A stretch of 61,716 bases of DNA, filler included, from Basidioascus undulatus (taxonomy: Eukaryota): assembly GCA_000826855.1 (NCBI GenBank). It is 10 parts of 10 records of this genome, joined end to end, with 100 filler letters (N's around TTAATTAATTAA, not from the genome) between each part and the next. Parts side by side here need not be neighbours in the genome. Positions count along the whole stretch, not along the records: positions 1 to 25,043 come from JTLS01000226.1; positions 25,144 to 29,141 come from JTLS01002264.1; 8 more parts are not named here. One strand, written 5' to 3'. Under the pieces are notes generated by a model that did not search any database, had not been told where the DNA came from, and saw only the letters and a program-made list of their open reading frames with translations. This document shows, one piece after another, positions 15,290 to 28,329 of this stretch; within the stretch, counting starts at the first letter, position 1; each line of letters opens with the position of its first letter. Both the position numbers and the translations under genes were made by a program.

Positions 15290-17078
15290 GGCTGCAGTGT
15301 GCGGATGCTACAGCGCCTGCAGCTGACCAGTGTGTGCGGAAATGTAGATGTGGAAAGTACGGTGTGGAGGACAAGGCCAGCCGGGGGCGCAGTGCTGGAG
15401 AGCAGCTAGTGAGTGTTGAAGGTCGCTGTGCAAGCGCGACACTGAGCTTGATGAGATGACCGCACAGCTCCCTCTTGGCCCTCTTCTCCTCCCAGCTTGC
15501 GCCTTCCATCGGGTTGCTTTTCTTGCACTTTCGGTGCTCCACAGCCACCGAAATGTAAGTCAGGTCCCCCGCATCATGTACATTGTGCGTGGACTATGGA
15601 GCTTCTGAGCAGAACGCGAGAGAGCCGGTGATTGGGCAGAGAGTGCGCACGTTCACACCGGCGCGGAGACGCCAGCTGTCACTGCGCATCCCCAAATGCT
15701 CGTTGCAGTTGCAATACGCCTGCTGTTCATGGCAGGACCAATGGACAATGGAGATGCTCGAATACAGTAACATACTGCTTCCAACTTTTCTGTTCTTCTA
15801 AGGTCCGAAGCGACGGGGGAAAAGGCGGCACAGTCTGACCAACCGATGGCATTTTCAAACTGCCTGTACGTCAACTGTCATTCTCACAGCAGTGGGTTTT
15901 CTGCTGGATGCATTGCCTCGACAACTGCTCTCTCACTTCCACTCTCACACTTCTACCTCACGGAAAGCTGCATGCACAATAACGCGGACGCAACTACAGA
16001 GCAACCTCGAAAATCAGCTCCCAAAGCCCTTCGGAAGGCCTGCGAATCGGTTTGAGCGCAGGTCAAATTGCATCCGGCTCTGAGGTGAAAATCACCCCAA
16101 GCTGCGAAAGCTGTGGACATTTTCGATGCATCGCGAGATGCTCTCTTGCACAACCAAGGCCAGCAAACCGATAAAGAATCACGGCCTACAAAGATAGATG
16201 GCCTAAACAGGGAGGGGTACAGTCTACAACCAGTGCAGAGCGGGAAAGTTCACTGGGTCTGAGCGCCCAGCTGCAGGAGACGAACCAGCCGTCGCATCGC
16301 GCACAAAAGTACCCCTCAATCAACTATCTGGGGAGTGAAGTGTAAGTTTTCCTTGTACTCAAGATGCCAATGGGACGCAGCAAGAATCTGAGAGGCTCGC
16401 TGTGAAAGACTTCAGTCCTCCCAGGTGATCTCAATCGCTGGCGTGGCCGGTTGCTTTGGAGGGCCACCAGAAGGACTATGGCTGCCGCAGAGAAACCCAA
16501 AAGTATTGTACTCTACATTATCTTCCAAAGAAAGGGTTCCAGTTCCCGAGCTTGGGTCGTAACCAAGCGTTGCCAGAAGGAGCTGTACATGCAGGCAGTG
16601 CTGCAAATGGCCAAAGGATGGAACCTCCCTTTCCTTCAAAATATTACATTGTGGTGAACCCCATGCTCTCAAAATTAGCTTTCTTAAGTGCCTCAAGCCC
16701 TGACAAGTAGCAGCACTAACGAGGGCATGTACAGATTCGCCTTGGTCGAGCGGCACCGGACTGGGCTTCAGGACAGGAACGAAGGGTGAGCAGTATACCA
16801 GCTTTCATTTAAGCTGATATTTTCCGCAGAGTAATATTTTCACATTACCTTGCATCACGCGGCCGCGTGGCCTGTACGGTCACCTCGCGCAATATCGGCT
16901 GCGCAGGTCACTTTCTGTCTTCGACCTGCATTCTCCGTGACATTCTGTCTACCTGAGTCCGTGTGAGGGCCACCAAGGCTTGGGTAGTCCTTGTTTGGAG
17001 ATTACTTTGTTGAATGTAGTCAAGAGGTCCGTTACATTCATACTTATCAGCTCGCGACACTCAACGTTCTCTGCACAG

Positions 17079-17573
17079 CTGCTGTGACCGTTCCTGGCCA
17101 CGCGTTCCTCTCCAAGGTGGACTTGAAACTGGCCTGGGATCATCCACCTTTCCATCTTCCACTCAAAACCTACCCCAGCGATTGCCAAACCCTACCCCCT
17201 CCTCTCCCGACGACCTCACCATCTTCAAAAAGCACCTCCCCGTCCGGCCTGCACGTCACCCGAGTCCTGCGGTCTCGCAGTGAGGTCTTCCGGCGCCTCC
17301 GCCCCTTCAGGCAATGATGGCTGAGCTTTGGCCCCGGGCGACGCGGTATTATTCGCCATACGCCAGCTAAAGGAGAACGCGCACGTCTTGGGCGCCAACG
17401 CGGTGCTGGGCGTCACGGTGCAGATGGACGCGGCCGGGGTCGACGGGCGCATCTATTTCGTGGCCACCTGCACCGGGACTGCGGTCCGCCTCGGTAGAAA
17501 CACTCCTCAACAAATAGGTGGTATAGTTCTCAGCGCAGAGAGCACAGGTCTGAGAGCGCGTCGGTGTTGTTGA
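17079..17573 (+). CDS. YbjQ/UPF0145-like putative heavy-metal-binding protein; start and exon structure unresolved, could be a remnant
   Basis: LKENAHVLGANAVLGV...VATCTGTAVRL matches the YbjQ C-terminal signature (GANAV+GV...ATGTAV). An upstream TVPGH motif is also present. Confidence 0.6.
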
Positions 17574-19074
17574 CTGCGGCAGCAATCGACACGTCTCGCG
17601 CCACACGCTTCGGACCACGTCCGTGAGCAGGATACATAGTGTGAAGGTGTAGGGAAGCGCCACCCGTCCAAGTCTGGATTGTCTAAAGAGTGTGATGGTG
17701 CTATCGTTCGAGGAGTCTGTTTCTTCGAGCAAGCCTCGCGTTCCGCTCGCTGAAGAGGCTGTTCACAGGCTAGCGCTCTGCTCTCGGCGATACCTCCTGA
17801 AGTGCGTGCAGAGTTGGCTCACGCCCATGGACACCGAGAGTATACACTCTCGGTTGTACGGCGGTCGATGTCCAGGGTTGGAGAGAAACTCCCGGCAGCA
17901 AGAGACAAACCAGCAGTTACGCAAAGCACACATCAGGCGCTAACAGAAATGCGGCTTCGTCAAGAGTGCCAATGGGACAGTTGGACAATGGGAAACCCTT
18001 CGAGATTTTGAATGAAGCATGTCATTTTCTAGTGACTCAAAGATTACTACACCGTGGTCATGCTGTGTCGTGCAAGTCCGGGCACAGCCCATGCTTGCAA
18101 TTGCCGCATCTCCTATACCTCGACGGCCACCAGCAGCTCCGACACGGCCTCCGGAACTTGAATCCCTGAAATCATTGCCCATATGTGTTGGATCTCAAAC
18201 TACCAGGGCAGAAGGAAGCTTGCAACCCCGTCGAACTCAGCCCGTTGTAAAGCCAAGCCGTGTTCTCCGTGCTTCCCAGCATTGAGTCGAGTGCCAGGGC
18301 GCGGACATCAGTCCCCGAACTCGTACTTTGCAGGCAGATCCCTCACAGTCAGGTCGGAATAAGGCTCGCAGTACAGCATTTCAGAGGGGGCTACCTTGTT
18401 GAAGCACTGAACGCGAAGGTGCGGTGTCCTGCCATGCGTCCAGCTTGTCCGGTTGCTTGGCCATTGCAGGCGTTAATGTGTACACTTGCACTAAAACTAT
18501 GGAGGCGAGATCAGATTCTAACCTTCGCCCTCCTGCCACTGATTGTCGCCATCATTTTCAGCAACAGACAAGAAGCCACGCTCAGGCGAGGAACCAAGTT
18601 CGCTGTCTTCCGTTAACCGTCCGCTTCTCGGTCAACGTTCATACAACGTATACGTTTGGTTAGTGGCACAGGAACCTGAAAATCCAGTTACGTTACTATT
18701 AACGGCGATCCCGGCCAGTCAGCCATTACTGACTGAGCGTCGTTCCGTCAAGTCCGCAGGCACGGCCTCGAGCAGCGAGGCCGTGCGGCCCGTCGTGATT
18801 CTGCCTCCGCCGGTCCTGCCGTTCCGACTTGCAGGTGCGTGTGGGCAAAGTGGTGTCTCGGTGTTCGGTAAGAGTGTTTTGCTGATTGAACTGGGCCGTT
18901 ACGCCGGGGGTATATCTTCCAAGCCCGAAGGCGTTCCTTCGCTCGTGTTTCACACTTTGCCCTTTTCCCTCTCCCCATCGAAACGTCGGACGCACTCGTC
19001 TGTCTGCTTTGGTCACAAGCCTCGAGAGCTTTTCTGTACTGTATACATCTATTTACACCCTCCGTCTGCTAGAC

Positions 19075-20189
19075 ATGGCCAAGAAGAGGTCTTTTGAGTG
19101 CAGCAAGTGCGACAAGTCCTACTCACGCAAAGAGGTCCGTCGACGTCGTCTCACCTACCCTTCTCCCCTTCCTGGGCCTTCGGTTTCTTGAATGGAATGC
19201 CATACTCACTATTATACCTCCCGGACTCCACAGAACCTCCTCCGCCACGTGCGCTGCTCCCACGGCTCCGCCTCGCAGTCCCAGCCGCGCTGCAGCCCAG
19301 GCTGCGACAAGGTGTACTCGCGCTCGGACGCGCTCCTTCGGCACCAGCGCACCTGCCCAAAAGCTCTTCTCCACATGAACAAGCCCGTCAAAGTCTCCAA
19401 GAAGCGCACGGCGGCCGCCTCCTCGGCCCCGAGCTCGGCTCGGTCCGCTTCCCCCTCGCCGCCTCCCGAGCCCGAGGAGGAGGACGTCAACACGCCGTCC
19501 CTGGCGCCGAGCAGCCGGGGCCTGAGCCCCAGCCCGAGTCCCAGCCCGGAGCCGAGCTTCGCGTTCGCCGCGCCGCTGTCGAGCTTGCGTGCGACGGCGG
19601 GCGCGGCGGCGGCGGGCAAGTCGAGCGCGGCGGCGGAGGACTGGCTGGCGCAGATGAATGAGAAGGCAGAGGTGAGCAGCGTTCCTGTTTCTTTTTTTGC
19701 GACAGATACACCGGACGCCTCAACGGTGTTGCTTCCTGGTTGATCGGAGGCAGGAGGCGGTCAGGACCAGCGTGCAGTCGTCGCCGAGTACCGCCGGAAC
19801 ATCCATCCCATACGAGTACGAGATCTGGTAAGGCGTCCCACTCCCCTCCCTCCCAACCTTCCCCCATTTCTCCGACCATCACCTCTACATCTCCTCTTCC
19901 CACCTGCAGCAGCCCCGCGACCAGCGAGTACAGCCACAACCGGCTCCTCCCCAACGCTCATCTTCCTGCCTCCTCGGTCTCGCACGCGCATACGCCGCTT
20001 CCTGACCTCCGCCGACGCCCGCCTTCGTACGAGTGGCTCGGGTCCGTCGGCAGCCAAGGCCAGATCGTCGACGCGTATCGTCCTCCGTTTTCGACTACGA
20101 ACCCTTCGTACCTCGCCGCCGCCCGCAGTCTGCCGGACGCCGCGCGCGGCGCCTACAGACTCACGTCCTGGCCTCTTTCACTCTGGTGA
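19075..20189 (+). CDS. Two-finger C2H2(/C2HC) zinc-finger transcription factor
   Basis: FECSKCDKSYSRKE|NLLRHVRCSH and CSPGCDKVYSRSDALLRHQRTC after removing a GTCCGT...CAG intron. Ser/Pro-rich tail; 3' end approximate. Confidence 0.82.
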
Positions 20190-20990
20190 GCTCAGTTCCG
20201 GCATTTTCTGAGACATCTAAGACCGACAGTAATGTATCCCAACAGATTATTTCTTGGGCCGTGTCCCTTGTTGTTTCTGTCAAGTCCCGCTTCGCGGTCA
20301 CACATTTCGTACCATTTATGCATTTCTACGCTTTCACTCCCCCACCCCCAGATTTTTCTGTTCTGTTTCGCAAATCCAGAAAAGAGTGACAGGCTGTTAA
20401 AAGCATATCGCGTAGATCCGTCCGCAAATTGAAAACCTTGTGCAGCATTGCCGTGCTCCGCTAAGCTCAGCATTTGAGAGGCTCACCGATGCTCGTCTCT
20501 CCTTGTGCATAATCAAAGCTCAGTTTCTTTGCGATTGGCGCTCTTGCCCATCCGTTGCTCTCTCACATCTCCTGTCACAGCACGGGTTCCGCAACTTTGC
20601 CATTATTACGCCGCTAAAGAACCGGTCCCGAATCCCGACGCAGCGTCGGTGCCCTTTGTCCTCGCTCGCTCAGTCGCGACGTTCTGCGCATCCCGCCCGT
20701 CCCACTGACTCGGTGCCTGTTTGGTCCTTTGTCTATGACTGGATGTATGCAGTGCTTGTGACCCCGCCGCCGATCTTCCAAAATTCATCTCCGGACAGAA
20801 CTGTGTGTTCCGGCGCTCACCGTGCGATCGCTTTCGTGGACTCTCCTCACGAGGGAGTGTCGACGTCGCTGCGTTCCTGTGTCTTCTTCGAACCCTCTCT
20901 CTCTTTTCGCCACCCATCACCAATTCTCGTACCCATACACTTTGTATCGTAATTTAAATAGCAATACATCTATCCAATGCCTCTGCCGTC

Positions 20991-22132
20991 ATGAGCGGCG
21001 CCGGTCAACAAGGCTACACGTGCCAGACTTGCGGCAAGAACTACACTCGGTCCGCTTCCATTTTATCACTGCACTCCTCTTTATCAGCGATGCGCTCTGG
21101 TACTGAGGGAGTGGAAACGTCTCTTCAACCCTTTTTTGATGTTTTAGGGCCGAGAACCTCGAGCGCCATTACCGCTCGGCGCACTCCACCGCACGCGAGT
21201 ACACCTGCAGCCAGTGTTCAGCCACGTTCAACCGCTCGTGCGTCCCTCTCACAGACCCATCTCTCCTCCGAAGTGGTATTCAAAACCAAGGGAGCGTCAA
21301 ATCTGATGTCGGTACTTGGGGCTGGATGGGATATGGCGTGGACAGAGACGCCTTGCTGAGGCACGAACGCATACACGCCGCTTCCGCCGAGTCGAGCTCA
21401 TTCACCGCTGGGGGAGGTGGCACCAGCTACTCGCCTGGTGAATGGGGAGGTAGCACGAGCTATACGCCTGGCCAATGGTCCTCCGCCTCCCCGCCGGCGT
21501 CCCCGTCGTCGTCGACCTGGCTGTCATCTTCCCCTCCCGACAGCGAGCTGCCAGGACCTCCGCGCAGACGGGTGCGTTTGTCCCTTTCGTCTTTTTGCCG
21601 TCCACATCACCCCTTGCACTTACATTGAAGCCCTGATTGATTATTCTTACAGCGGGGGGCGCCCGGCGTCCCGTCCGGGCTCTATACCTACAGTCCCCTC
21701 CCCGCCTGGCCCACCTCCTCCTCGCCCTCCTCCTCCTCCGCAGCGTCCACCTCCCCACCCTACGCCTCCTCCAGCACCCTCTACACCACGGCCCCCTGGG
21801 GTTCTTCCACTCCTACCGCCTCCGCCCGACCCTCCTCTCGAGACTGGGACACCAGGCTCCCTGGAATCTACACGGCTCCGGAGACTTGGCGGCGCGACAG
21901 CCTGACGGCCGAGACGGCGGGCCCGGGCACGAGCCCTGGGCAGGATGCCCCCATGCCGTCCTCGCCCTGGCTATATGCTGCTCCCGCGACCTCGAGCAGG
22001 CGGTCGGGATGGCCGGCCGGTTGGAGCGGCAGTCAGGATGAGGAGTCGCGTCAGAGGGCGAGGGACGAGCCGGGTCAAGGCAGCGGGACGCACTGGAACG
22101 GGATGTTCTGGCAAGTCCTTCATTATCGATAA
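20991..22132 (+). CDS. Two-finger C2H2 zinc-finger transcription factor, tandem paralog of the preceding gene
   Basis: YTCQTCGKNYTR|AENLERHYRSAH and YTCSQCSATFNRS|DALLRHERIH across GT-AG introns. Last exon from 21653 is open to TAA at 22130-22132. Confidence 0.82.
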
Positions 22133-22974
22133 TAAAGGAGTTTTTTCCCCCAATACACCGTCTAACTCACTTTCGTCGCTTGCTTGAGGTCCGCAGGGTT
22201 CCTCGAGGACACTGAGCAAGTTCGACGTTCGGTTTTCACGCTTTCATCTTGCGCTGCAGCCAACTGCCGTTGCTTATCAAATATTCTGCTTCTTTACGAC
22301 TCGCTGACCGATGTGAATACTTTATGTATTATGTAATTCTGCCAATCTCCACTCATTCCCTTCCTCTTTCAAACACGTCCGTTCTCCCGATTGCCGTTCC
22401 CTTGTTTATTTGATACCCGCTCCGCTTTTTGCCATATTAGTTATTGTCTTTTCGTATTTTTCACAGGAGTGTTGTATGCTGTGATGAATTCTAGCGCTTT
22501 CAGATGTAATCAATCGGCGCTTGGGGTCGTGCAGGGCTTCAGGCGTGAGCGCGTGAGACGCATATATACTTGCCAGGCAGTTTCAAGCAGAGTCGCTCGC
22601 ATGGAAATCGGCTGCAGCGTCACCAAAAAGCCTTTCCGGTCCATAAGGGGCTGAGCGATGATCTTTATTACTCCACGTCGCAAGGAAAACATCGCGAAAC
22701 AACTCATCCAAAAGCCAAAGACCGACAAATGAACATGGTGCGCATCTGGAGTGCGGAGTGCATACGGGCCGCTTTGCTTGGGGTGCACAACGATTGCGTG
22801 GAGCATTGCAAAGCGGGGCTGGACAGAAATTTGCGTCTTGGCCTTACCCTCTCTTCTGCTCCACCATCACCACTCCCAGACGCCCGACTTCCCGCTACCA
22901 TTAGAGCCACCCTCCCAGTCCTGTTCTCCAGCGCGTTTTTCTCTTTCTATCGACCGTATCGAGCATACTGCCCA

Positions 22975-23947
22975 ATGACCATCACAATTCCGCTGGATAT
23001 CATCCGGCACGTTGTGGCCCAGCTCGCGGAACCCTCGCACCCACTGGCCTACGGGCGTCCCTGCGACGGTATCGAAACCCTGCTCGCGCTCACGCTCGTC
23101 TCGCACGGTGTCAAGGACATCGCCTACCCTCACCTCTACAGAACCCACTCGGGACTGTCAGTCCTCTATCACGGTCAGCGTCTCGCTGCAGGCGCGTCTG
23201 TGCTGGCTTGGGAGTAGTCTCTCGCTCTTTGCCACTTTCCGCACTTGAATCCGACGTTGAAGAAGGCCCTCGAGAAAACCTCATTGACCTCCCGGATCTT
23301 GTATCCCATGTTAGAAGCCGTACGTCCCAATCTGCGGCGCCTGGTCGTGGACTACCCGACCCTTCATGCGCTGGATGACTACTTGTGGAAGCTTTCGATT
23401 GCGACACAGCTTTCGGCGAGTTCTTCCGGGACTTTCTGCAACTTCCCGAGCTCGAGGAGTTCGGTGGCCTTGTGATACGGCAACGTGGAATTGTGCCGTC
23501 AACTCGCGTTCATCACAACGCCTGCTTCGTCGGCTGGTTTCCGGCAGGACTGCGCGTACCCTTCAACGGCTCTGCATTGCAAAAGTGTCTTCACCTCGGG
23601 AGTTACAAACTACTTTCATGAGCTCACCTCGCTCACCCTGCTCGTTCTTCCTTATCCCGATGTCGAAAAATTGGACTACCCCTTCCGTCTTTGCTCGCTT
23701 TACCAGCATTCAAGCGTGTCTGTGTTCGATTCAGACCGTTTGTTATTGCGTGAGAAAAATGCTCGATTTGCATAGAGCGAGCACAGGCAAGGATCTGAGC
23801 ATCTCGCTTTGCTTCGGCAACTTCGCAGGCGTCTACTGCACCTTTGGCTCGTGGTTTTCAGCCGATAATCATCAGCTGCGGGCGGCGACGCTGGACGGGA
23901 CGCTGTGGGACTGGGAGTGTAACGCTGGAGGGGGCCATTGGGAGTGA
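22975..23947 (+). pseudogene. F-box-like (SHPLAY-type) gene with premature stop and frameshifts
   Basis: MTITIPLDIIRHVVAQLAEPSHPLAY...TLLALTLVSHGVKDIAYPHLY; in-frame TAG at 23215-23217; LRRLVVDYP continues in frame; FLQLPELEEF and LQRLCI lie in shifted frames. Confidence 0.6.
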
Positions 23948-24809
23948 AGAGCTTCCTCGCTTTTATACATGTGCACCATTGGTTGACGTACGAGCAGGGG
24001 TGTTGTCTGCTCAGATCTCCTCTGACTATGACGAGACGGCATCAACGATGCTTGGTATCTGTGATCAATTCCAACACAGCACATGCTTAATTTCGACTTC
24101 TGTCTTCAGTTCAGTACCAACGACACAAGCAGCTTGATTCACGGCAAGAGGCAAAGCTGGACACCTTCGCACGAACTGAAGCCCTTCGGCATGGCCTCTG
24201 CTCACGTTACGGCGGTTGTTCATGCTGTTGTCCATTCTGTTGCCATTTTTATAGAAACCACTTATTTCTCCCAGAGTATAATTTTAATAGTCAATCGTCG
24301 CTGCTCTGCGTCGACGTATCCTTCTTAGTCTGCCTCGCTGATTGCTGCCTTCGGTTGTGTCTCTACTGTTTCCCCTCCTGCAATGCTCAAGCCGGCTGCT
24401 TTGACAGCGTACGGTACAAACAACAAAAGACGAAGGACAGACGTTGATGAAAATGCTGCAAACTTCAAGGTTTGCGCTAGAGCGCCTCTAAGCAAATGGC
24501 TCGAGGGCCTCCGCGTGTCAGGCACGCTGTGCTTGCTGCTTCTGGTCGCGTCCGAACCCAGTAACATTGAGGAAGACCTCATCGAGATCCTCCCGACAGC
24601 TTGCCTGCGCATTCCGATCACAGTGTACGGGGCCTAAAAGACGCCTGAGCCCGTCTATTTTCATGGCCTGGGCTGCATAATTACTCATCGCAAGCCGCAA
24701 TCAAGCTTGCGAGCTCTTCCTGACTGCGCTCGCATCTCTTACCCTCGTTCTTCCACCGTCTCTCTCGTCCAACTGACACTTCGCTCGCCGCTCATTCACA
24801 TCGATCATC

Positions 24810-25043
24810 ATGCGCCCGACAAGGTTGTACATGCCTTATGAGAGGCGGGGGAGCGACCAGTCGGGCTCGGAATTCTCCGACGTCGACCGGGTACCGACCA
24901 GCCCTCGTTCTCCCCAACCCTCCCAGTCCCAGAAGCAGTGGCTGCACCTTTCCATCGCTTACTCCCAATGGGATGGCACGTCTTCCCCTCATATGCCCAT
25001 CGTCGGTTTCGAATTCGACACCTGCCCCAGCTCTCCCCTCGCC
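24810..25043 (+). CDS. 5' fragment of a hypothetical protein cut by the contig end
   Basis: ATG follows a pyrimidine-rich leader and the frame is open to the linker. No motif was recognised. Confidence 0.3.
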
Positions 25044-25143
25044 NNNNNNNNNNNNNNNNNNNNNNNNNNNNNNNNNNNNNNNNNNNNTTAATTAATTAAN
25101 NNNNNNNNNNNNNNNNNNNNNNNNNNNNNNNNNNNNNNNNNNN
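25044..25143. other. Artificial contig linker
   Basis: 44 N + TTAATTAATTAA (stops in all six frames) + 44 N. Confidence 0.98.
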
Positions 25144-26058
25144 TCGCTCACCCCGCCCCCCTCACATGTATTCCAACGTCCTCTCCGCCCGGCGGCGGAA
25201 GCACCTGCCGCTCCTGACCCCCCTGCTCGGGCTGCTCCCCTTCTTCCTCTCCACCGCCCTCCACGTCGCCTGGCTCGCCGGCGCGCGCGCCCAGGTCCTC
25301 CGCAGCCCGACGCTCTTCGTCCCCTTCCTCCTCTACTGGGGGCTCGGCTTCGCGCACCACGTCGGGTACATGATCTTGGGGCACGTCGCGAAGATGCCAT
25401 TCCCTTATGCGGGGACGGTGGGGACCGTTTGGACGGCGCTGGGCGCAGTGGACGCTAATTTGGGGAGGATCGGGATGTGCGTTCCTTTCATTCCCCTTCT
25501 CATCCCTTCTTCCTCCTATGTGAAGGAACGACCAAGCTGACATCTGATCTTCGGATCTTCAGGCGTCCCCTCATCCAATCCACCCCCTACCGCACCTCCC
25601 TCTTCGTCTTCATCTCCCTCGTCTTCGCGTTCATCGTGTACGCGCGCTTCTGCGTGAGCGTCATCGGGAGCATCACAGAGTACCTCGGGATCGGTTGCTT
25701 CAGGGTACGTTTTCTCCTTCTCCCTCTTCCCCTCTCCTGCCTCCTTTCCTCATCCCAAGCCCCCCGTCCTTCCCTCATCGTTCACCTCTCCGATCCACGC
25801 ACGACGACTCTTTTACTGATTGATCGTCGGTCGGCGGAGCAGGTCCGCAAGCGCACCGCCGCCGGCACTTGGGGCAAGCCCGAAGACGCCCAAGTCGTGC
25901 CCCCCAGCGTCGGGACGGGAGCAGCCGCCGCCGCGGTCGCTGCCGGCGGGAATGGGACCGCGAACGGCTTTGCGCTGAGCAATGGGAATGGCGAGGCGGT
26001 CAAGCCGGAGGCGGAGAAGGCCGTGTTGGGCGCCGGGTGGAAGGGAAAGAGGGCGTGA
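25144..26058 (+). CDS. Choline/ethanolamine phosphotransferase (CPT1/EPT1 family), C-terminal part
   Basis: LLGLLPF; FVPFLLYWGLGFAHHVGYMILGHVAKMPFPY; YARFCVSVIGSITEYLGIGCF-RVRKR. The 5' part is missing at the contig start. Confidence 0.85.
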
Positions 26059-26562
26059 GAGGATGAGACGAGAGACGGAGAAGGATGGGGCTGTGGCGTG
26101 GGACGAAGGGGTGGGATGGACGGAACGCGGATATGGATTAGGATTAGGATAGAGGAGGATCCTTTTGAGCGGTGATTGTGGGGGGATGGGCATGGGGATG
26201 TGAGGCGCTGCTATGCGACGTGATGGACTTGAGCGGGTTTGAGGTTTGTGGCTTGGGAGGCTGTATTTGTCGGTCTGGAAGATCTTCTTTCTCTTCCTAA
26301 TGTTTTCAGGGAAGACCGTAGGATGGTCAAGACGGGTCGCAAAGCTTGGTGACAGTTGGTACGTGACAGGCCATTTGGCCGCAGTGCCAACGTCTGATGA
26401 AGCACCAAGTCACTTAGTATAATCGTTACTGTTGGAAGTATTTGATCTTACGCGGGAATGAGTGAGACCTTGCACCACTGCGCCGGGAGCGACACAACTG
26501 TCCTCCACTTCCCGCCTTCGTCCTCGTCCGTTCCCCACCCAATATCTTAGGGATTCACTGCC

Positions 26563-27250
26563 ATGCCCGTCCAGCTTACGATCGCTGCCATCGAACACGT
26601 CTTCGCCTGTCTCGACGAAACTTCGAACCCGCTCTCCTACCGGCGCGACGGCGAAATCGCCGAGACGCTCCGGGTGCTCACGCTCATCTCCCGCCGAGTT
26701 AGGGAAGTGGCTCTTTCCCATCTTTTCAAATTGCAGTACGTCGGGGGGTGTTCGTTGCGGGAGAACCCGCAGTCGTGCAAGCCAGAGTACACCGAATCAG
26801 ATCTGTGGCTCTTTTCACGAACAGAGGCCATCCAAACGCGGTCGCAGTTGGCCAGCTTGCAGAGCTTGTGACCTCTGCTCGACACACCCTGTGGAAGCTC
26901 GTTCTGCGCGCAGGCACGCTGGAGATGCTGACGCACTACGAATACGATGCGTACTCCGGCCTCCCCACCGCACATTTGGAGCCTGCTTCTCGAGCGCTCT
27001 GTCGCTCATCCACAGCCTGGAGAAGCCCAACATCGGTATCGCCTGAATAACGGCATCCGGCGAATTTGCCAAGCTTGTTATCAGAGCCCTTCACCATACC
27101 ACGCGACTTAGACGCCTCTGCATCGGCGCTGCAGACATCACCAATGACTCACAGCGTCAATTGCTATCTGAAGGTGGGACCATCCGCCGCCATCCCCTCG
27201 TCTGTTTGCCGTCACAAAGCCTCGAGCTTTCGGTTCATATGTTGGTGACG
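26563..27250 (+). pseudogene. F-box-like (SNPLSY variant) gene, probably frameshifted; end approximate
   Basis: MPVQLTIAAIEHVFACLDETSNPLSY...ETLRVLTLISRRVREVALSHLF. The frame closes at 26871, while TLWKLVLR continues in another frame. Confidence 0.5.
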
Positions 27251-28292
27251 GAAAGTCATCTGATGGCATTTGTTGACCATCTGATGGTGTCAGTCCTTCC
27301 GTCCATATTTCGGCGCCTAAAAAGCCGCCAGAAAGTTATCTTTTGGATGTCTGAAACCTCCCGTCTATCATTTTATTGTTGGATGTCTTATAATCGCCTG
27401 AAGGGCTCGTTCTCGGTTTAGTGTACTTGCAGAGCTCAAGTCAGGTCGCTGTCGGCTCTCTGAGAAACTCCGCAAAGCCCGCTTCCTCGTTCCTCACTTT
27501 TCCCCGTTGTCTCCCTCCTTCTCTCTCTTCTCCCCCATATACACCCTTAGGAGAGCACAATATTCAACAGCTTAGGGGTCTGGGACACGCTCCTGATATG
27601 AGTGACGGACTGATCTGCAGTTGGGGCGGAGGCCAAGGTCGTTGCGACGCAGCTCCAGGTACCTGTGCAAGTCCTGATCCAGCTCAGAAAATCCAGGCCT
27701 AGGTACGCTTTGATCCACCTCAGAAAAGCTATGATGAAACTTAGAACGCTGAACACTATCTTTCTTTCCATTTCCATGGTCAGTTCAATCTCATTGAGTC
27801 GTGCACCCACTACCCTCTGCGCCTCGTCTGCTGCTCCCTGGCCTGCTCTGACCTTGCCTGCCGTATTTCTCAGCACCAATTCAATGATTGGTACGTCTAG
27901 AGGAGATTCATGCAAATCTTTGGGGACGGGTCAAGCGACGCTGTTGGGGGGGTGCTGTGGGGGAAGGAGGAAGCTCGAGAGGGTGGGAAGTGCGGGCGGC
28001 TGCGGTCCTGGCGGCGGGGCTCTGTGGAGGATGCAATGGAGAGTGGCGGTGAACGGTGGCCAATATTGACAATGTCGCTCTAGTGATGGTATAATTGGTT
28101 GACATTGAATGAGCACTGTTTGAATGAGCATTGTGATAGTGCTGGAAACCGATAGCAAATCACTACTATTTGCAGTGAATAATCCAGTAGTAAATTTCTA
28201 TAGTTTCCATAGTGCCATACCCATAGCAAGCTATTATAAACATTACTAGTGAAAAATGTACCCTCGGGAAAAAGGCGCGGCTCTGTCAGCCA

Positions 28293-28329
28293 GCCATAAG
28301 ACGGCCATAAGACGCCATAAGACGTCTTA
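28293..28329. repeat. Three near-tandem GCCATAAGAC repeats ending in palindrome TAAGACGTCTTA
   Basis: Units at 28293-28302, 28304-28313 and 28314-28323; palindrome at 28318-28329. Confidence 0.85.

Noticed and set aside
15648..15653. CACGTT Pho4-like site upstream of VTC4
   Set aside because: Plausible, but a single hexamer is not distinguishable from chance.
16412..16756. Minus-strand ORF with LRR-like LRHLRKLIL
   Set aside because: One short motif in CpG-poor sequence is too little to call.
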